A stretch of 64,000 nucleotides of DNA. It comes from an uncultured delta proteobacterium. Lineage in GTDB: Bacteria; Desulfobacterota; Desulfomonilia; UBA1062. The notes beneath the pieces are model-generated. The model ran no database searches. It saw nothing but the letters and a program-made list of their open reading frames with translations, and was not told where the DNA came from. The translations under genes were made by a program, and so were the position numbers. The stretch lies in NCBI GenBank assembly GCA_963798485.1, contig CAWCTR010000004.1:1-64000 (forward strand), in the 5' to 3' direction. This document shows, piece after piece, positions 29,131 to 40,159 of the stretch (position 1 is its first letter; the number at the start of each line of letters is the position of its first letter).

Positions 29131-29135
29131 GTGTT

Positions 29136-29765
29136 TTATATCTTCTTGATAATCTTTGCTGGGTTTCCTGAAACCAAAACATTGCTGGGAATATCTTTAA
29201 CTACCACAGAGCAAGCTGAAATGATGGAGTTCTTCCCTATGGATACCCCTTTCAAGATAGTTGAATTGACTCCTATCCAAACATCATCTTCGATCAATAC
29301 AGGTTGTGATATTATGCCTAGCTCATTATCCTGGGGATGTCCTTTTGTCATAATGTGTTTGAAATGATGATGTCTCAGAGTTGGATCAATGGGATGCGAG
29401 TTGGTATCATGAATATTTACGTTGTGAGAGATGAGAACTCGATCTCCTATGGTAATCAATTCTGCAGACCATATATGGGTGTTTTCTCCAATAAAGCAGT
29501 CTTTCCCGATCTCGATCCTACCGCCATGAGCAAATATCAATAACTGCCCTTTAATTGCGGTCCCGCTATTTATCATTATCCTGTTCTGATCGTGAGACAG
29601 ATTCTGAATATCTGCAGGAGGATAGATTCTTGCTGAAGGATGGAGAATAGAATTTTCCTGGAAATACCTGTTAATATATGTTGTCTCGATATAGTCCAGG
29701 AATTGATGAACTTTATTTATCCTTCTTAATAAAAGGAAGTTTAAAGGTCTCAGGAAAATGTTCAT
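29136..29765 (-). CDS. Hexapeptide-repeat (left-handed beta-helix) acyltransferase
   Basis: [10 protein letters not shown]; [10 protein letters not shown]; DTNSHP; IEDDVWIG; GNPAKII. Confidence 0.9.
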   Translation of the reverse strand: MNIFLRPLNFLLLRRINKVHQFLDYIETTYINRYFQENSILHPSARIYPPADIQNLSHDQNRIMINSGTAIKGQLLIFAHGGRIEIGKDCFIGENTHIWSAELITIGDRVLISHNVNIHDTNSHPIDPTLRHHHFKHIMTKGHPQDNELGIISQPVLIEDDVWIGVNSTILKGVSIGKNSIISACSVVVKDIPSNVLVSGNPAKIIKKI

Positions 29766-30664
29766 AATTTTTTAAGGGCGTTTAATAATTTATTTGCCCA
29801 CCCTAAAGGTTTTTGTGGAGTCTTTAAATATCTCTCTATGATCGAAAAGCAGTCTCGATTTATTGACATAACAGTTGGAAATGTATTTACCTGAAAATCA
29901 GGTTTTTTGTGAGATTGTGCAGCCGATGCTTCTCGGTAGTGAGTGCCGCTTCCATCGAATCCTGCATTTTCCACCAGGGTCTTTCTTGGATAAAGTGTCA
30001 GTCCATTTTTGTTGAAGGTACTTAAGTACCACTGAATAGCCCATGAATCCACTTGTCCTGACCTCTGTGCCTCGAGCATTTCGAAGTAGTTGATAGAACC
30101 ATTCAAATTGAATTTCTCTCTCATTTTTTCATTTGTTTTCATTAGGTCATAGCCTGACATTTCTGAATCGAAATATTCCCATGCCCGGCGCCACGTCGCC
30201 CATCCCCAGGATGTTGTAAAGGGAAGAAATAGTGCATCTGTATTTACTGATAATTGAACAGGGAACATATAACCGGAAATCTGCATAATCTCAAGGCTTG
30301 ATTCGTATAGGTCTAATGCCGTGTTCATATACTTCAGAAAATGAGGTGAGAGAATAAGATCGTCTTCGATAACAATGACCGTTCCGTACTCCTTGCAAAT
30401 CTGTGTTACACCATCAATAATTGATCTTGCGCATCCTTTATTCATATCATGTTCTCTGATGTGCACAGATCCGCACCATTGCCCACTCCTGACTATTTTA
30501 TGTACTTCCTCAACCCCTTTTACATGCTCAGGTTTGCTGGGTGCATCACAGAAAATGAAGAGTTCGCTTTCCCTGGCCTCCGGATTCTCAGCAAGAGACA
30601 TGAGTGAGTTGAGTGTGTGTTCAGGCCTGTTATAGGCAAAAAATACGATAGGGGCTCGTTCCAT
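29762..30664 (-). CDS. GT-A fold glycosyltransferase
   Basis: [11 protein letters not shown]; N.G.A.SI..GV; VIVIEDD; [10 protein letters not shown]; DSWAI.W; N.GFDGSGTH. Confidence 0.85.
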   Translation of the reverse strand: MERAPIVFFAYNRPEHTLNSLMSLAENPEARESELFIFCDAPSKPEHVKGVEEVHKIVRSGQWCGSVHIREHDMNKGCARSIIDGVTQICKEYGTVIVIEDDLILSPHFLKYMNTALDLYESSLEIMQISGYMFPVQLSVNTDALFLPFTTSWGWATWRRAWEYFDSEMSGYDLMKTNEKMREKFNLNGSINYFEMLEAQRSGQVDSWAIQWYLSTFNKNGLTLYPRKTLVENAGFDGSGTHYREASAAQSHKKPDFQVNTFPTVMSINRDCFSIIERYLKTPQKPLGWANKLLNALKKL

Positions 30665-30667
30665 TAA

Positions 30668-32599
30668 TCAACATTCTCCAAGGATTACCTTGCGATACCA
30701 TGTCTCCAAGAGAAGTAGCTTATAGAGCATGAATATATTTCTGCCCTTTGTTTTAAAATCTTGAATCAGCAAATGGACATAATCTCTTGAGGTTACGTTT
30801 GCCTCAGCAAGGATGCTGTCTGTAAGCCAATGCATATAGGAGTTTATTATAGCGCACATCCACTCCCGAACCGGGGGTTGAAATCCTCTTTTTTGGCGTT
30901 GCAGGATTTTGTTTGGAATGACCCCGTTCAGTGCAGATTTGAAGAGAAATTTCTCAGGGAGCATATGATCAGGATAAGCTTTTCGTAAACCGAACACGAG
31001 CTCGATCAGCTTATAATCAAGGAGCGGCATTCTCGATTCCACTGAAGAAGCCATGCTGACTCGATCCCCTAAAGATAAACAGTTCGACGCTAACCATGAA
31101 TCAAATAAAAGTTGGCATATATAAGTGGCTGTGTCCTCCGGTAACTTATCGTTATTATCAAATAAGGTATACGGATTACGCGGCTGGATACGTGCAGCAA
31201 AATCTGGATGATATAATCTTGGTGCATGCCGCAGAGCTTCATCGAAATCTGACACAAGATTCTGATAAACAGCCTGATTTGGTTTACTCAAACCCATTTT
31301 GCCGAGAGTAAAAATATATTTGAATATCGCCTGAATGACTCCCGGGACTCTTTTATTGTGGGCAAGGATAAAACAAAGCGGTAGTGACGCCAGCCGTTCA
31401 ATAATGGAAACGCCATAGGGCACAGAATGCTTCATGAAATAATGTTTCTTTCGTTCAGTCAGTAAAACAGCTTGGGACACCCATGTGTAACCCCAGAATA
31501 ATTCATCACCGCCAATGCCTGTCAGGATAACCTTCAAGGAATGATCTGAAGCGACCTTCATAACGGAATAGTGACCGAAGGCGGCAATATCAGCGATCGG
31601 ATCATCCATCAATCCGATGAGTTCCGGAAAGAATGATGTCAGATCTTCCGTATGCAGCTCGATATCATGAAATGGCAGATTGAGATGATCAGCCAGCTCA
31701 AAGGCATATCCCCTTTCATCATAGGGAGGATGCCCAAGATAACCGACGCTGAAAGTATGCATTGAATCTTTGTATTTCGGGGCGGCTATAGCGGCTATAG
31801 CTGCAGAATCCAGACCACCGCTGAGTGCTATGCCTACAGGCACATCGGACCGCAAGGTAAGCTCGATCGAACGATTCAGCTCTTCGAAGATCAATGATGC
31901 AGGGTCACCCTCTATTGGCTCTATTTGATCCAAACCCCAGTAGCGCATATTCGTCACCTGCCACGTATCATAATCAACCAGGAGATAGTGACTTGCTTGT
32001 ACCTTGTAAATATTGTTCAAAGGTGTACTGGGTTCCGGAACATATTGATAGTGAAAGAAAAGATCAACAGCATTGGCATTAAGTTCGGGTTTAAAAGGCA
32101 GTATAGAGATGAGGGTTTTTAACTCTGAAGCAAAATAGAAAGTATGATCACAAAAAAAGTAGTAAAGGGGTTTTTCTCCAACACGATCACGAGCCAGGAA
32201 TAGCCTTCTTTCAAGAGTATCCCAGATAGCGAAGGCAAACATGCCCCTAAGTTTTTTTAAACAGTCTTTTCCCCACTGTGCATAGGCAGCCAGGAGTACT
32301 TCAGTGTCAGACCTGCTGATAAAGACATGCCCAAGACCTTCTAAAACCTCCCTGAGCTCAAGATAATTATATATTTCTCCATTAAATGTTATGACATAAC
32401 GTCCACCATGATAACTCATAGGTTGGTGACCCAGGCTGCTCAGATCCAATATGGCTAAGCGGGTATGTCCCATATGAATATGCTTATCATAAAAAATCCC
32501 ATAATCGTCTGGCCCGCGATGTTTGAGCATTCGAAGAGCAGGAGTGAGATCTCTATGAGGACTCTTGTTGCGTGAAAGGATTCCGATAATGCCACACAT
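30668..32599 (-). CDS. asnB: Second asparagine synthase-like amidotransferase
   Basis: MCGIIG; HRGPD; RLAILDL; FNGEIYNY; LSGGLDS; GGDELFWGY; DRVSMASSVESR.P.LD. Confidence 0.88.
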   Translation of the reverse strand: MCGIIGILSRNKSPHRDLTPALRMLKHRGPDDYGIFYDKHIHMGHTRLAILDLSSLGHQPMSYHGGRYVITFNGEIYNYLELREVLEGLGHVFISRSDTEVLLAAYAQWGKDCLKKLRGMFAFAIWDTLERRLFLARDRVGEKPLYYFFCDHTFYFASELKTLISILPFKPELNANAVDLFFHYQYVPEPSTPLNNIYKVQASHYLLVDYDTWQVTNMRYWGLDQIEPIEGDPASLIFEELNRSIELTLRSDVPVGIALSGGLDSAAIAAIAAPKYKDSMHTFSVGYLGHPPYDERGYAFELADHLNLPFHDIELHTEDLTSFFPELIGLMDDPIADIAAFGHYSVMKVASDHSLKVILTGIGGDELFWGYTWVSQAVLLTERKKHYFMKHSVPYGVSIIERLASLPLCFILAHNKRVPGVIQAIFKYIFTLGKMGLSKPNQAVYQNLVSDFDEALRHAPRLYHPDFAARIQPRNPYTLFDNNDKLPEDTATYICQLLFDSWLASNCLSLGDRVSMASSVESRMPLLDYKLIELVFGLRKAYPDHMLPEKFLFKSALNGVIPNKILQRQKRGFQPPVREWMCAIINSYMHWLTDSILAEANVTSRDYVHLLIQDFKTKGRNIFMLYKLLLLETWYRKVILGEC

Positions 32600-32623
32600 C
32601 CGATTTAACCATTCATGTGCTGT

Positions 32624-34078
32624 TCAGATCTTCCTGGCGTCTACAATGAGTGATGTATAGTATATATCGCCACGCTTGAAGCGAACCTGTTTGTCAAATC
32701 GTAGCGACCGCATAATGCAACCATCTTTTATATCCCAAGACACACTATGGAAGTTCCCATCCACATCGAAATATTCCAAAGGAGTTGCCTGAAACCCACA
32801 GCTCTCTATAAGCGGGATGAGTGTATCAACACTGAACAGTAGCTGGTGCCCATCCTTAGGAGGTGTGACCTCAGCAGAGTATTCAGGGTCATTCCTGTAT
32901 CCATCCGGAACTGCAATCCTGAGCAGGCCGTCTGTTTTAAGAAATCTATTACATGCTTTCATGGCTGTCCTGCATTCCGGTTCTGTGAGGTGCTCGAAGA
33001 CATGTTCTGCCAGAATACGGTCAATGGATCCCGGATGAAAATATTCTTCCCAGCTGAGGGGGAAGGTTATATCCAGGGTGTCTTTATCGGTGCTGAGCCA
33101 TCCTTCTCTTTTCATGCCTCCAGAACCGATGATGAGATTGATTGGCCTGGCGGAGATCAGCCTCTGTTTCAGCTCCTTCTTCTGTTTTGCGATCGATCGG
33201 TTTGCTGTGAAGAATTCTATCATATATGGGCAATGGAATATTTTTATCAACCTGTGTCTAAGGATATTTCGTTCGAACCTGATAAATTGCCTCAGGTCAT
33301 CTCGTGCAAAGTTCTTCTGGAGGAGACCTGCTTTGAAGGAATAATTACATGCTGATAATGTATAGTCATAAGTCTCTCCAGCGGGGAGATGTTGAAGATT
33401 TATCAAGGCTTCGTTGTCCTGGGTGTAATCTGTGAAATCAATGCTTCGATGTTTGTAATCGTGATCTTGATGATAGACCATTACCGTTTGAGAGAGATCT
33501 ACGACCTTGAAATTTCTCACCCGCCCATCAAATATCATCCATAAATCCCATCCCCCTCTTCCCACAAGTAAGTTCGGCATGCTCTTATACTGGCCTCTGG
33601 GAAAGGCAAAATAATCGCTCCCCAACGGGGGATGGACAGTCATCTTTTGAGAATTTAACTGGTGAAATTTCAGTTCCCAGTTTCTATTAAAATTCAGCAG
33701 CTGATCCAGATTGATATCATACCGCTGCCCCACGAGGAGGTATCTTCCCTTTAGTTTCTGATGAATTTTTATTATTGTTTCTGAAAATGCACCTGTGGCA
33801 ATTATATCGGCATTGATGAAACAGCAGATGTTATGTTCTGCTAATTGCTGTGCCTTGATGAACATATCATCTATATGGGGTGTCCCTTCTGGGGATGTCT
33901 TTATTTCAGGATAAATAAAGATGCCCGGTTGACCCGCCAATTCTTTTATCCCTTCGGTCTTGCCGAAGATGATTATCTGAGCGTTTTCTACCGAATGCTG
34001 CCAGCTCCTGATGGCATTGAGCTGGGCAACTCGGGTTTTCCCGGTGAAATTCTTTGCTGTGGAAAAAAAAGTTATCAT
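32624..34078 (-). CDS. Glycosyltransferase-like domain fused to a C-terminal methyltransferase-like domain
   Basis: N-terminal FSTAKNF...QLNAIRSW...INADI...G.DYF.F...WD. C-terminal LIIGSG...AEHVFEHL...LK.DG.LRIAVPD. Confidence 0.65.
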   Translation of the reverse strand: MITFFSTAKNFTGKTRVAQLNAIRSWQHSVENAQIIIFGKTEGIKELAGQPGIFIYPEIKTSPEGTPHIDDMFIKAQQLAEHNICCFINADIIATGAFSETIIKIHQKLKGRYLLVGQRYDINLDQLLNFNRNWELKFHQLNSQKMTVHPPLGSDYFAFPRGQYKSMPNLLVGRGGWDLWMIFDGRVRNFKVVDLSQTVMVYHQDHDYKHRSIDFTDYTQDNEALINLQHLPAGETYDYTLSACNYSFKAGLLQKNFARDDLRQFIRFERNILRHRLIKIFHCPYMIEFFTANRSIAKQKKELKQRLISARPINLIIGSGGMKREGWLSTDKDTLDITFPLSWEEYFHPGSIDRILAEHVFEHLTEPECRTAMKACNRFLKTDGLLRIAVPDGYRNDPEYSAEVTPPKDGHQLLFSVDTLIPLIESCGFQATPLEYFDVDGNFHSVSWDIKDGCIMRSLRFDKQVRFKRGDIYYTSLIVDARKI

Positions 34079-34083
34079 GGGGT

Positions 34084-35133
34084 TTATACCGAAAGCTGCA
34101 CGACAAAACTTTCCCCGAGGCCGGCAGCATCCAGGGTGCGGTTTGCAGCACATACCGCAGGGAGGAATCCATATGAATAGAAAGCATTCCGCATTTTCCT
34201 AGGGATAAAATTCCAGAGGCTTTTAACCGGCAGATCATTGGGTGCTCCTGGGTCCCAGAAGGGGTCTCTCTGGCCTCTCACATATAGTATCTGCAGGGTT
34301 CTCATCTGATAGGTCATCCAGGCATCCGGAGTCACAGTGAACAATTTTTTAATTCTGAAACCGCATTTCTCTGCAAGCAGGGTTATGATTTTTTTCGAGA
34401 AATGGTTTATGTGGTAGGGAGGATACCAGTGTAGCCATTTTTCACCAAAGATATGCCTATAGAGGGCATTGACATTGGGAAAACTCAAGATTACCTGGCC
34501 GTTCTCTGCAAGCCGTTCTCTTATCTCGATGAGCAATTGTCCGGGGTTCGGTTCATGTTCAATGACCTGCTGTGCCAGGATATAATTGAAAAGCCCTTTT
34601 TCTGCTGGAAGGTCGGATAACTGGCCGATGTGTACGTCAAGGCCGAGCTGCTTCGCGATAGGGAGGATGTTCAGATCGACATCTACCCCGATAACCTCTC
34701 TGGCACCGTAATGTCGTGCCATCAAAAGCGAGAGGCAGTTCCTACACCCGAGATCGAGAACTTTTTTCCCGGGAGATATATACTGGTAGCAGGCATTTCC
34801 GCCCCCTTGGGCCCAGAGCCTGAAAGGCGATATGTCTTTGATCTTTTTAAATATTGACAAAACCTGCTCACTTGTCTCGCTGGAGCGGGGATAATACTTC
34901 TGGTAAATACGGGAAAGCTCTTCGCGATCCAGAGATGGCCGGGTCCGGCATAAGCCGCAATGATCACACCGGTAAATGGAAAAAAGCCTGGGGTATCCAT
35001 GCCGGTTGTCGAATATGTTTTCGTAGAGTACCCGGGTGTTATGCTGACAAATGATACAGCTTTTTAAAGTTAAAGTTTCTTCCCTGGATGTGTCTGGACA
35101 TTTATTCGGAGAATGATTACGGGAGCCCGGCAT
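34084..35133 (-). CDS. SAM-dependent methyltransferase with N-terminal Zn ribbon
   Basis: CIIC...CDHC; VLDLGC; QVIEH; ILSFPN; PYHINHFS. Confidence 0.82.
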   Translation of the reverse strand: MPGSRNHSPNKCPDTSREETLTLKSCIICQHNTRVLYENIFDNRHGYPRLFSIYRCDHCGLCRTRPSLDREELSRIYQKYYPRSSETSEQVLSIFKKIKDISPFRLWAQGGGNACYQYISPGKKVLDLGCRNCLSLLMARHYGAREVIGVDVDLNILPIAKQLGLDVHIGQLSDLPAEKGLFNYILAQQVIEHEPNPGQLLIEIRERLAENGQVILSFPNVNALYRHIFGEKWLHWYPPYHINHFSKKIITLLAEKCGFRIKKLFTVTPDAWMTYQMRTLQILYVRGQRDPFWDPGAPNDLPVKSLWNFIPRKMRNAFYSYGFLPAVCAANRTLDAAGLGESFVVQLSV

Positions 35134-35134
35134 C

Positions 35135-36082
35135 CTAAGATATCTCCAGCGAAAAATAAGATGGGTAGTCTGTCGTCATTGCCAGGATTCGCGATAAATC
35201 ATAATATTCTCCGCATCTCATGGCAAATTCTGATTGATTCTCAATAATGATCAGGAAATATGTCTGTTTTCCAAACAGTAGGCGATGCAGAAATCTTCTC
35301 ATACTTCTTGGTATATAAGGTTCATAAGCAAGGTAAGCAGCAAGAAGAGTGCGCTCTCTATGAAGAGAGGCTGATATTTTATCTACTTCTTGGAGATAAT
35401 CTTTTCTATTTGAGCTCAGCTGCCCTTCAATTTGTCTGAAACAGCTTACATGAGCATTTACAGAATAGAGAGGCACTTTGTCGGCAAAGGCAGTCCAGAG
35501 CCAGTAGTCCCCAGCGTATTTCAAATGGAGCGGTATGCCCCCGATTGCCTTCCAGAGACCTCCCCTCCAGAACGTGCTGTCCTGTTGTATGAAATAGAGT
35601 TCTCTGCCATAAACCCCTTCCTTGAGCCATTGTTGATTATAGATAAAACACCTGCCTGTTTGGGTGATTTCCGAAAGGCTGTTGATATATGACGTGATCC
35701 CTTTGATCCACTGCACATGAGGGAAACGTTCAAAGATACTGGTTATATAAGAAAATGCCCCCGGGAGATAGATGTCGTCGGCATTGATCCATGCGAAAAT
35801 ATCGCCTGATGCCCGATTGAAGCCTTTGTTGATGGCATCGTACATCCCTGTATCTTTCTCGGAAATAAAGTAAAAAGATATTCCCCGGCACTGTATGGGA
35901 TAGGTCCCTGATGTGAGAATATGCTGAAATTCGGAGAGTATTTCTACTGTTCTGTCCTCTGATCCTCCATCTATGATGATATACTCCAGAGAGAAGTCTC
36001 CCCGCTGTGAGATTACACTCTGTATAGTTTCCGCGATATAGGACTCCCCATTGCGGACCGGAGTTACGATGCTGATTTTCAT
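35135..36082 (-). CDS. Glycosyltransferase family 2
   Basis: ISIVTP; IIDGGSED; EKDTGMYDAINKG; WINADD; QQDSTFWR. Confidence 0.9.
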   Translation of the reverse strand: MKISIVTPVRNGESYIAETIQSVISQRGDFSLEYIIIDGGSEDRTVEILSEFQHILTSGTYPIQCRGISFYFISEKDTGMYDAINKGFNRASGDIFAWINADDIYLPGAFSYITSIFERFPHVQWIKGITSYINSLSEITQTGRCFIYNQQWLKEGVYGRELYFIQQDSTFWRGGLWKAIGGIPLHLKYAGDYWLWTAFADKVPLYSVNAHVSCFRQIEGQLSSNRKDYLQEVDKISASLHRERTLLAAYLAYEPYIPRSMRRFLHRLLFGKQTYFLIIIENQSEFAMRCGEYYDLSRILAMTTDYPSYFSLEIS

Positions 36083-36178
36083 TGATTGTCCATGCCAGTG
36101 TCGGCCATTATATCAGGATAGATCATGGGTCATCTTGATGGATGTCTAGTCGATGCAACCCCTTGAGGAAGAACGTCT

Positions 36179-38035
36179 CTATCCCCGCTCGGACCTCTTA
36201 CTTTGTAGTAGGGGCGGCCGTGATGCCTGGATGCGGTACAGTGCAAAAGCCGAATTCTCCCAGATCAATTTATATCCAAGATTATTGATATATTCCTCTT
36301 TCATGTATGCCAGCTTATCTTTATCCGTCGAGTTTGATTCGCTCTTGGTCACCGGCCATTTGGGCTCTACCCGGGTATCGGTTTTGGAGAGGACGAAGAT
36401 CCGTGGAAGGCGCTTCTCGTCGAGTAGTTTTTGCTGTCTCTGCCTGATCATATCCACGTTGTCGAGAAACAGCCAGGCATTGTCCATGGCGGGTTTTGTT
36501 CCGGTCAGGTAATAAAATAGGGGGAGGTTATTCGCCATGATGACCTCCTCATTCTTTATGGTGTTCCTTCCGATAGCCTCCAGCACTTCATCCACCGCCC
36601 TTACCCTCTGTGGCGTCGAGAAGATGCCGGCAAGTGCAGAATGAGAAAAGGGTACCGTGAGGGCCAGCCTGTTCGGATTGTCCCGGTAGATGTTCGTGAA
36701 ATGGAACATGACCGCCAGCATCATGGCAACTGTGAGCATACTGTTGTTATATGTGCGTACGATGGACAAAGGGGTGTCATTGTTACATTCCAGCCATTTA
36801 TCCATGCAGAGAAAGGAGAGAGGTAAGATCAGCCACATCCCGAAGCCTATATTCAACAAGCCGCGGTTCGATCCTATAGGAGTTATGACCATAATCGAAA
36901 TGCCCGCGATGAGAAGGAGGTTTAGTTTTCCAGTCACACCTTTATCAAGGACCAGGAACAAAGATGAGAGGATTAATGATATTCCTGCTGCTATCATATG
37001 GATCTTGTAGGCGACCATTTCGTATTCCCAGCCTGTCAACTGGAACAGCTGCTTGACAGTTAAAACGACCGGTATGCAGACGAATAATGCTATAGCAAGT
37101 TTTCTGCCTACACATAGCCCAATTATAATAAGCACGATTGTCAACACCATGTAGTGTTTCAATGATGCGGTTAGGATCTTGAGATGCGATTCATAAAGTG
37201 TCGTTAGTGAATTAAGGTCGTGATGAGTACCTTTCACGGTCAATGTCTTGATGCTCTCAGCAAATAGACCCATCGGCCCATGCTGCAGAAGACCAAGATA
37301 CCAGTACATGAAGGCCATGACAGCAGCCGATAATAGGAATCCCAGGAAAGACATCAATAGAAGACGGATTGCCCTGAAAGCCCTGTCCCTTCTCAAAAAA
37401 AGACAGGTTATAAGGAGTATGGCAGGGCAAATAATAACCGTAGCAAGAGAAACCTTGCTCAGTATAACCGGTACAGCAAGGAGACCGATTAGGAAACCAA
37501 AGACATCAGCTCTCATGGTTCCGGCGAGTGCAGTCATCGACTTGTTGAAAAGCCACAGCTCTGCGGTGAGAAGAAATGTGGGGAAAGTATTGTAGTTGAT
37601 GATGTCTATCCCATAACGCATATTGATGAAGAAGGATGATATAAAGACAACGAGAAAGGACTTGTGTCTGTCGAAGTAGTGTGAAGCGATGAAGAATACG
37701 ATGAGGGCATTCATGGAATACAGGAGGATGCCCCCGATTCTTGCCCAGAGAAGGCTCGGTCTCTGAATGACGCTTAGCCACATGCCGCCAAAAAAGTCAG
37801 AGAGGAATATTAGGGGGTATATCCTGTCAGGGTTGATGTGGAGACTGAATGCCTCTACTTGGTTGGATAGGCTCCATCCTGTATCTGTTACATCCACACC
37901 TTGAAAGATAAAGGGGAGATGGGCGAGGAAGACAACAATGAAGAGGGTAAATGTTAAGCACAAGATACCTGTTTCTGGTTTCTGCAGTAGTTCATTTTGA
38001 GATGAATAATAGGTTACTGATGATGGCATCTCCAT
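36179..38035 (-). CDS. Polytopic membrane protein, possibly a GT-C-fold glycan transferase/ligase
   Basis: About a dozen hydrophobic segments; acidic GVDVTDTG after the first TM; C-terminal soluble domain. Sits next to wzt. Confidence 0.55.
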   Translation of the reverse strand: MEMPSSVTYYSSQNELLQKPETGILCLTFTLFIVVFLAHLPFIFQGVDVTDTGWSLSNQVEAFSLHINPDRIYPLIFLSDFFGGMWLSVIQRPSLLWARIGGILLYSMNALIVFFIASHYFDRHKSFLVVFISSFFINMRYGIDIINYNTFPTFLLTAELWLFNKSMTALAGTMRADVFGFLIGLLAVPVILSKVSLATVIICPAILLITCLFLRRDRAFRAIRLLLMSFLGFLLSAAVMAFMYWYLGLLQHGPMGLFAESIKTLTVKGTHHDLNSLTTLYESHLKILTASLKHYMVLTIVLIIIGLCVGRKLAIALFVCIPVVLTVKQLFQLTGWEYEMVAYKIHMIAAGISLILSSLFLVLDKGVTGKLNLLLIAGISIMVITPIGSNRGLLNIGFGMWLILPLSFLCMDKWLECNNDTPLSIVRTYNNSMLTVAMMLAVMFHFTNIYRDNPNRLALTVPFSHSALAGIFSTPQRVRAVDEVLEAIGRNTIKNEEVIMANNLPLFYYLTGTKPAMDNAWLFLDNVDMIRQRQQKLLDEKRLPRIFVLSKTDTRVEPKWPVTKSESNSTDKDKLAYMKEEYINNLGYKLIWENSAFALYRIQASRPPLLQSKRSERG

Positions 38036-38042
38036 AATACGG

Positions 38043-39323
38043 TTACTTTTTGGGATGTATGGACCAGGAATGATCAATAAACATCAGCCGGGATCTGTCC
38101 GGTATGCTCCCTGTACCGAAGTAATCGCCACTCTCCACTGTAAAGGTTCCGGCATGCTGTATCCAGTCCTGGATACCTGAGCCGGTCATGGCGAAAACGT
38201 TGTAGGCATATGTTCCTGCATTTAATGGGAGCTTCGGTATGAAGCATGAGAAGATCCCTTTGGCCGGGATATCATGAAGAAACAGATCACCTGTTATCAC
38301 ATTGCTAAGATCCGTTATAGCGATGTTCGTGATGGTGGATAGCGCAAAGGATACCTTGAGATTCTGTATCCGACATGCATCGTCAGCAATGTAGCTGGCT
38401 AGAATTTTAAGCGGCCTTCCAGAAGCAGCCGAGGATACGCGGTTGCCCTGTTCATCTTCAATCCATGTATCGGTAAAACGGATACAGCCTTCACCCTGCC
38501 TGTCTTTTCTGTCAGCCAGGGGTGTTCTGGCTGTCTCCGAGACCTGGGACAGATACTGGATGATCACTTCTTCCGTAGGGCCATTTTGGATGATTGAACC
38601 ATTGGACAGGAGGAGAGACCGGGGACAGATGTTCGATACGGCAGCCATGTTATGGCTCACGAACAGGACTGTTCTGCCTTCTTTTGCAACAGTGCCCATT
38701 TTGCCGAGGCATTTCTTCTGGAACTCACTGTCACCGACAGCAAGGACCTCATCGACAAGCAGGATCTCCGGTTCAAGATGGGCTGCAACAGCAAAAGCCA
38801 AGCGCACATACATGCCACTGGAATACCTCTTTACCGGGGTATCAAGAAACTTCTCGATCTCGCTGAAGTCCACGATCGCATCGAACTTGCGATCGATCTC
38901 CGCCTTGCGCATACCGAGGATGGTACCATTTAGATAGATGTTCTCCCTGCCGGTGAGCTCGGGGTGGAACCCTGTTCCCACTTCAAGGAGGCTCGCCACC
39001 CTGCCATGGAGTTTTATTTCGCCAGATGTCGGCTCGGTGATGCGGCTTAGGATCTTGAGCAGGGTGCTCTTGCCAGCACCGTTGCGGCCGATGATGCCGA
39101 CAACCTCACCTGGGAGGATATCGAACGACACATCTTTCAGCGCCCATATGGTGTCAGGACAATCATCCTCAATCCTGGTAAGGCGTCTGAGGTTCCTAAA
39201 ATTCCGCACCGGGGCAGTGAAGGCATCCATAATGGCCTCGCGGAAGGTAAGGTTGGTTCTCTCCTTGACGCCGAGGTGATACAACTTGGAAAGATTGTTG
39301 ACTTCAATAATGGAGTTGCTCAT
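38043..39323 (-). CDS. wzt: Polysaccharide ABC exporter ATP-binding protein with C-terminal Wzt_C domain
   Basis: GRNGAGKST; LEVGTGFHPELTGRENI; YSSGMYVRLAF; DEVLAVGD; ~170-aa C-terminal extension. Confidence 0.93.
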   Translation of the reverse strand: MSNSIIEVNNLSKLYHLGVKERTNLTFREAIMDAFTAPVRNFRNLRRLTRIEDDCPDTIWALKDVSFDILPGEVVGIIGRNGAGKSTLLKILSRITEPTSGEIKLHGRVASLLEVGTGFHPELTGRENIYLNGTILGMRKAEIDRKFDAIVDFSEIEKFLDTPVKRYSSGMYVRLAFAVAAHLEPEILLVDEVLAVGDSEFQKKCLGKMGTVAKEGRTVLFVSHNMAAVSNICPRSLLLSNGSIIQNGPTEEVIIQYLSQVSETARTPLADRKDRQGEGCIRFTDTWIEDEQGNRVSSAASGRPLKILASYIADDACRIQNLKVSFALSTITNIAITDLSNVITGDLFLHDIPAKGIFSCFIPKLPLNAGTYAYNVFAMTGSGIQDWIQHAGTFTVESGDYFGTGSIPDRSRLMFIDHSWSIHPKK

Positions 39324-39325
39324 GG

Positions 39326-40159
39326 TTAGATGACGTCCGCAAAATACCGCTCGACCTGTTTGAAGTAAATCAACCCGATCAGGAAAAGGCCAATACTGAT
39401 GAATGTTGATATCAGAACCATTTCGATGGGAAACGCTACCTTACCCAAGATGGCAGACCTGAACCCCTCAATAATCCCCGTCATGGGGTTGAGTGCATAG
39501 ATCATGCGATACCTTTCCGGGATCATGGATGCCGGGTAGACGATAGGGGTGGCGAACATCCAGAATTGGACAAGGAAGGGGATCATATAACTTACATCCC
39601 GATACTTAGCGCTGAGTGCCGCCAGAACCATTCCGATGCCGCTCGCAATGAGCATCATAAGGATGATGAGCACCGGCAGTATGAATACAAGAATAGATGG
39701 ATAGATATGATAATATATCATCATTCCTATCAGCACTACAAAGGCAATGGCAAAATCAAGCAATCCCGCGACTACCGGTGCGAGCGGGATAAAAATTCGT
39801 GGGAAATAAACCTTGGAGATCAGGCTCCCGGAACCAACGATGCTGTTCGATGATTTATTGATAGCACCGGAGAAATATGTCCATGCTATCATTGCCGTGA
39901 AGTTAAAGATAGGATAGGGGACGCCGTCGGATGGAATCTTTGCGAGCTTGCCAAAAAAGAGGGTGAACACGACCATCATAAAGAAAGGCTGTATAACAGC
40001 CCAGAGACCACCCAGCACGGTCTGCTTGTACTTCACCTTGATGTCCCGTGTTACCAGGAAATATAGCAGGTCTTGGTATTGCTTCAGTTCCCGGAACTCT
40101 ATAAGCTGCAATCCTTTCTTCGGTTTGATATGAATATAGTGTTGAGCGTTCACTGGCAC
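39326..40159 (-). CDS. wzm: Polysaccharide ABC exporter permease
   Basis: RDIKVKYKQTVLG..WAVIQP; KVYFPR; YRDV; TPIVYP; LNPM; ends FADVI. Confidence 0.93.
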   Translation of the reverse strand: MPVNAQHYIHIKPKKGLQLIEFRELKQYQDLLYFLVTRDIKVKYKQTVLGGLWAVIQPFFMMVVFTLFFGKLAKIPSDGVPYPIFNFTAMIAWTYFSGAINKSSNSIVGSGSLISKVYFPRIFIPLAPVVAGLLDFAIAFVVLIGMMIYYHIYPSILVFILPVLIILMMLIASGIGMVLAALSAKYRDVSYMIPFLVQFWMFATPIVYPASMIPERYRMIYALNPMTGIIEGFRSAILGKVAFPIEMVLISTFISIGLFLIGLIYFKQVERYFADVI

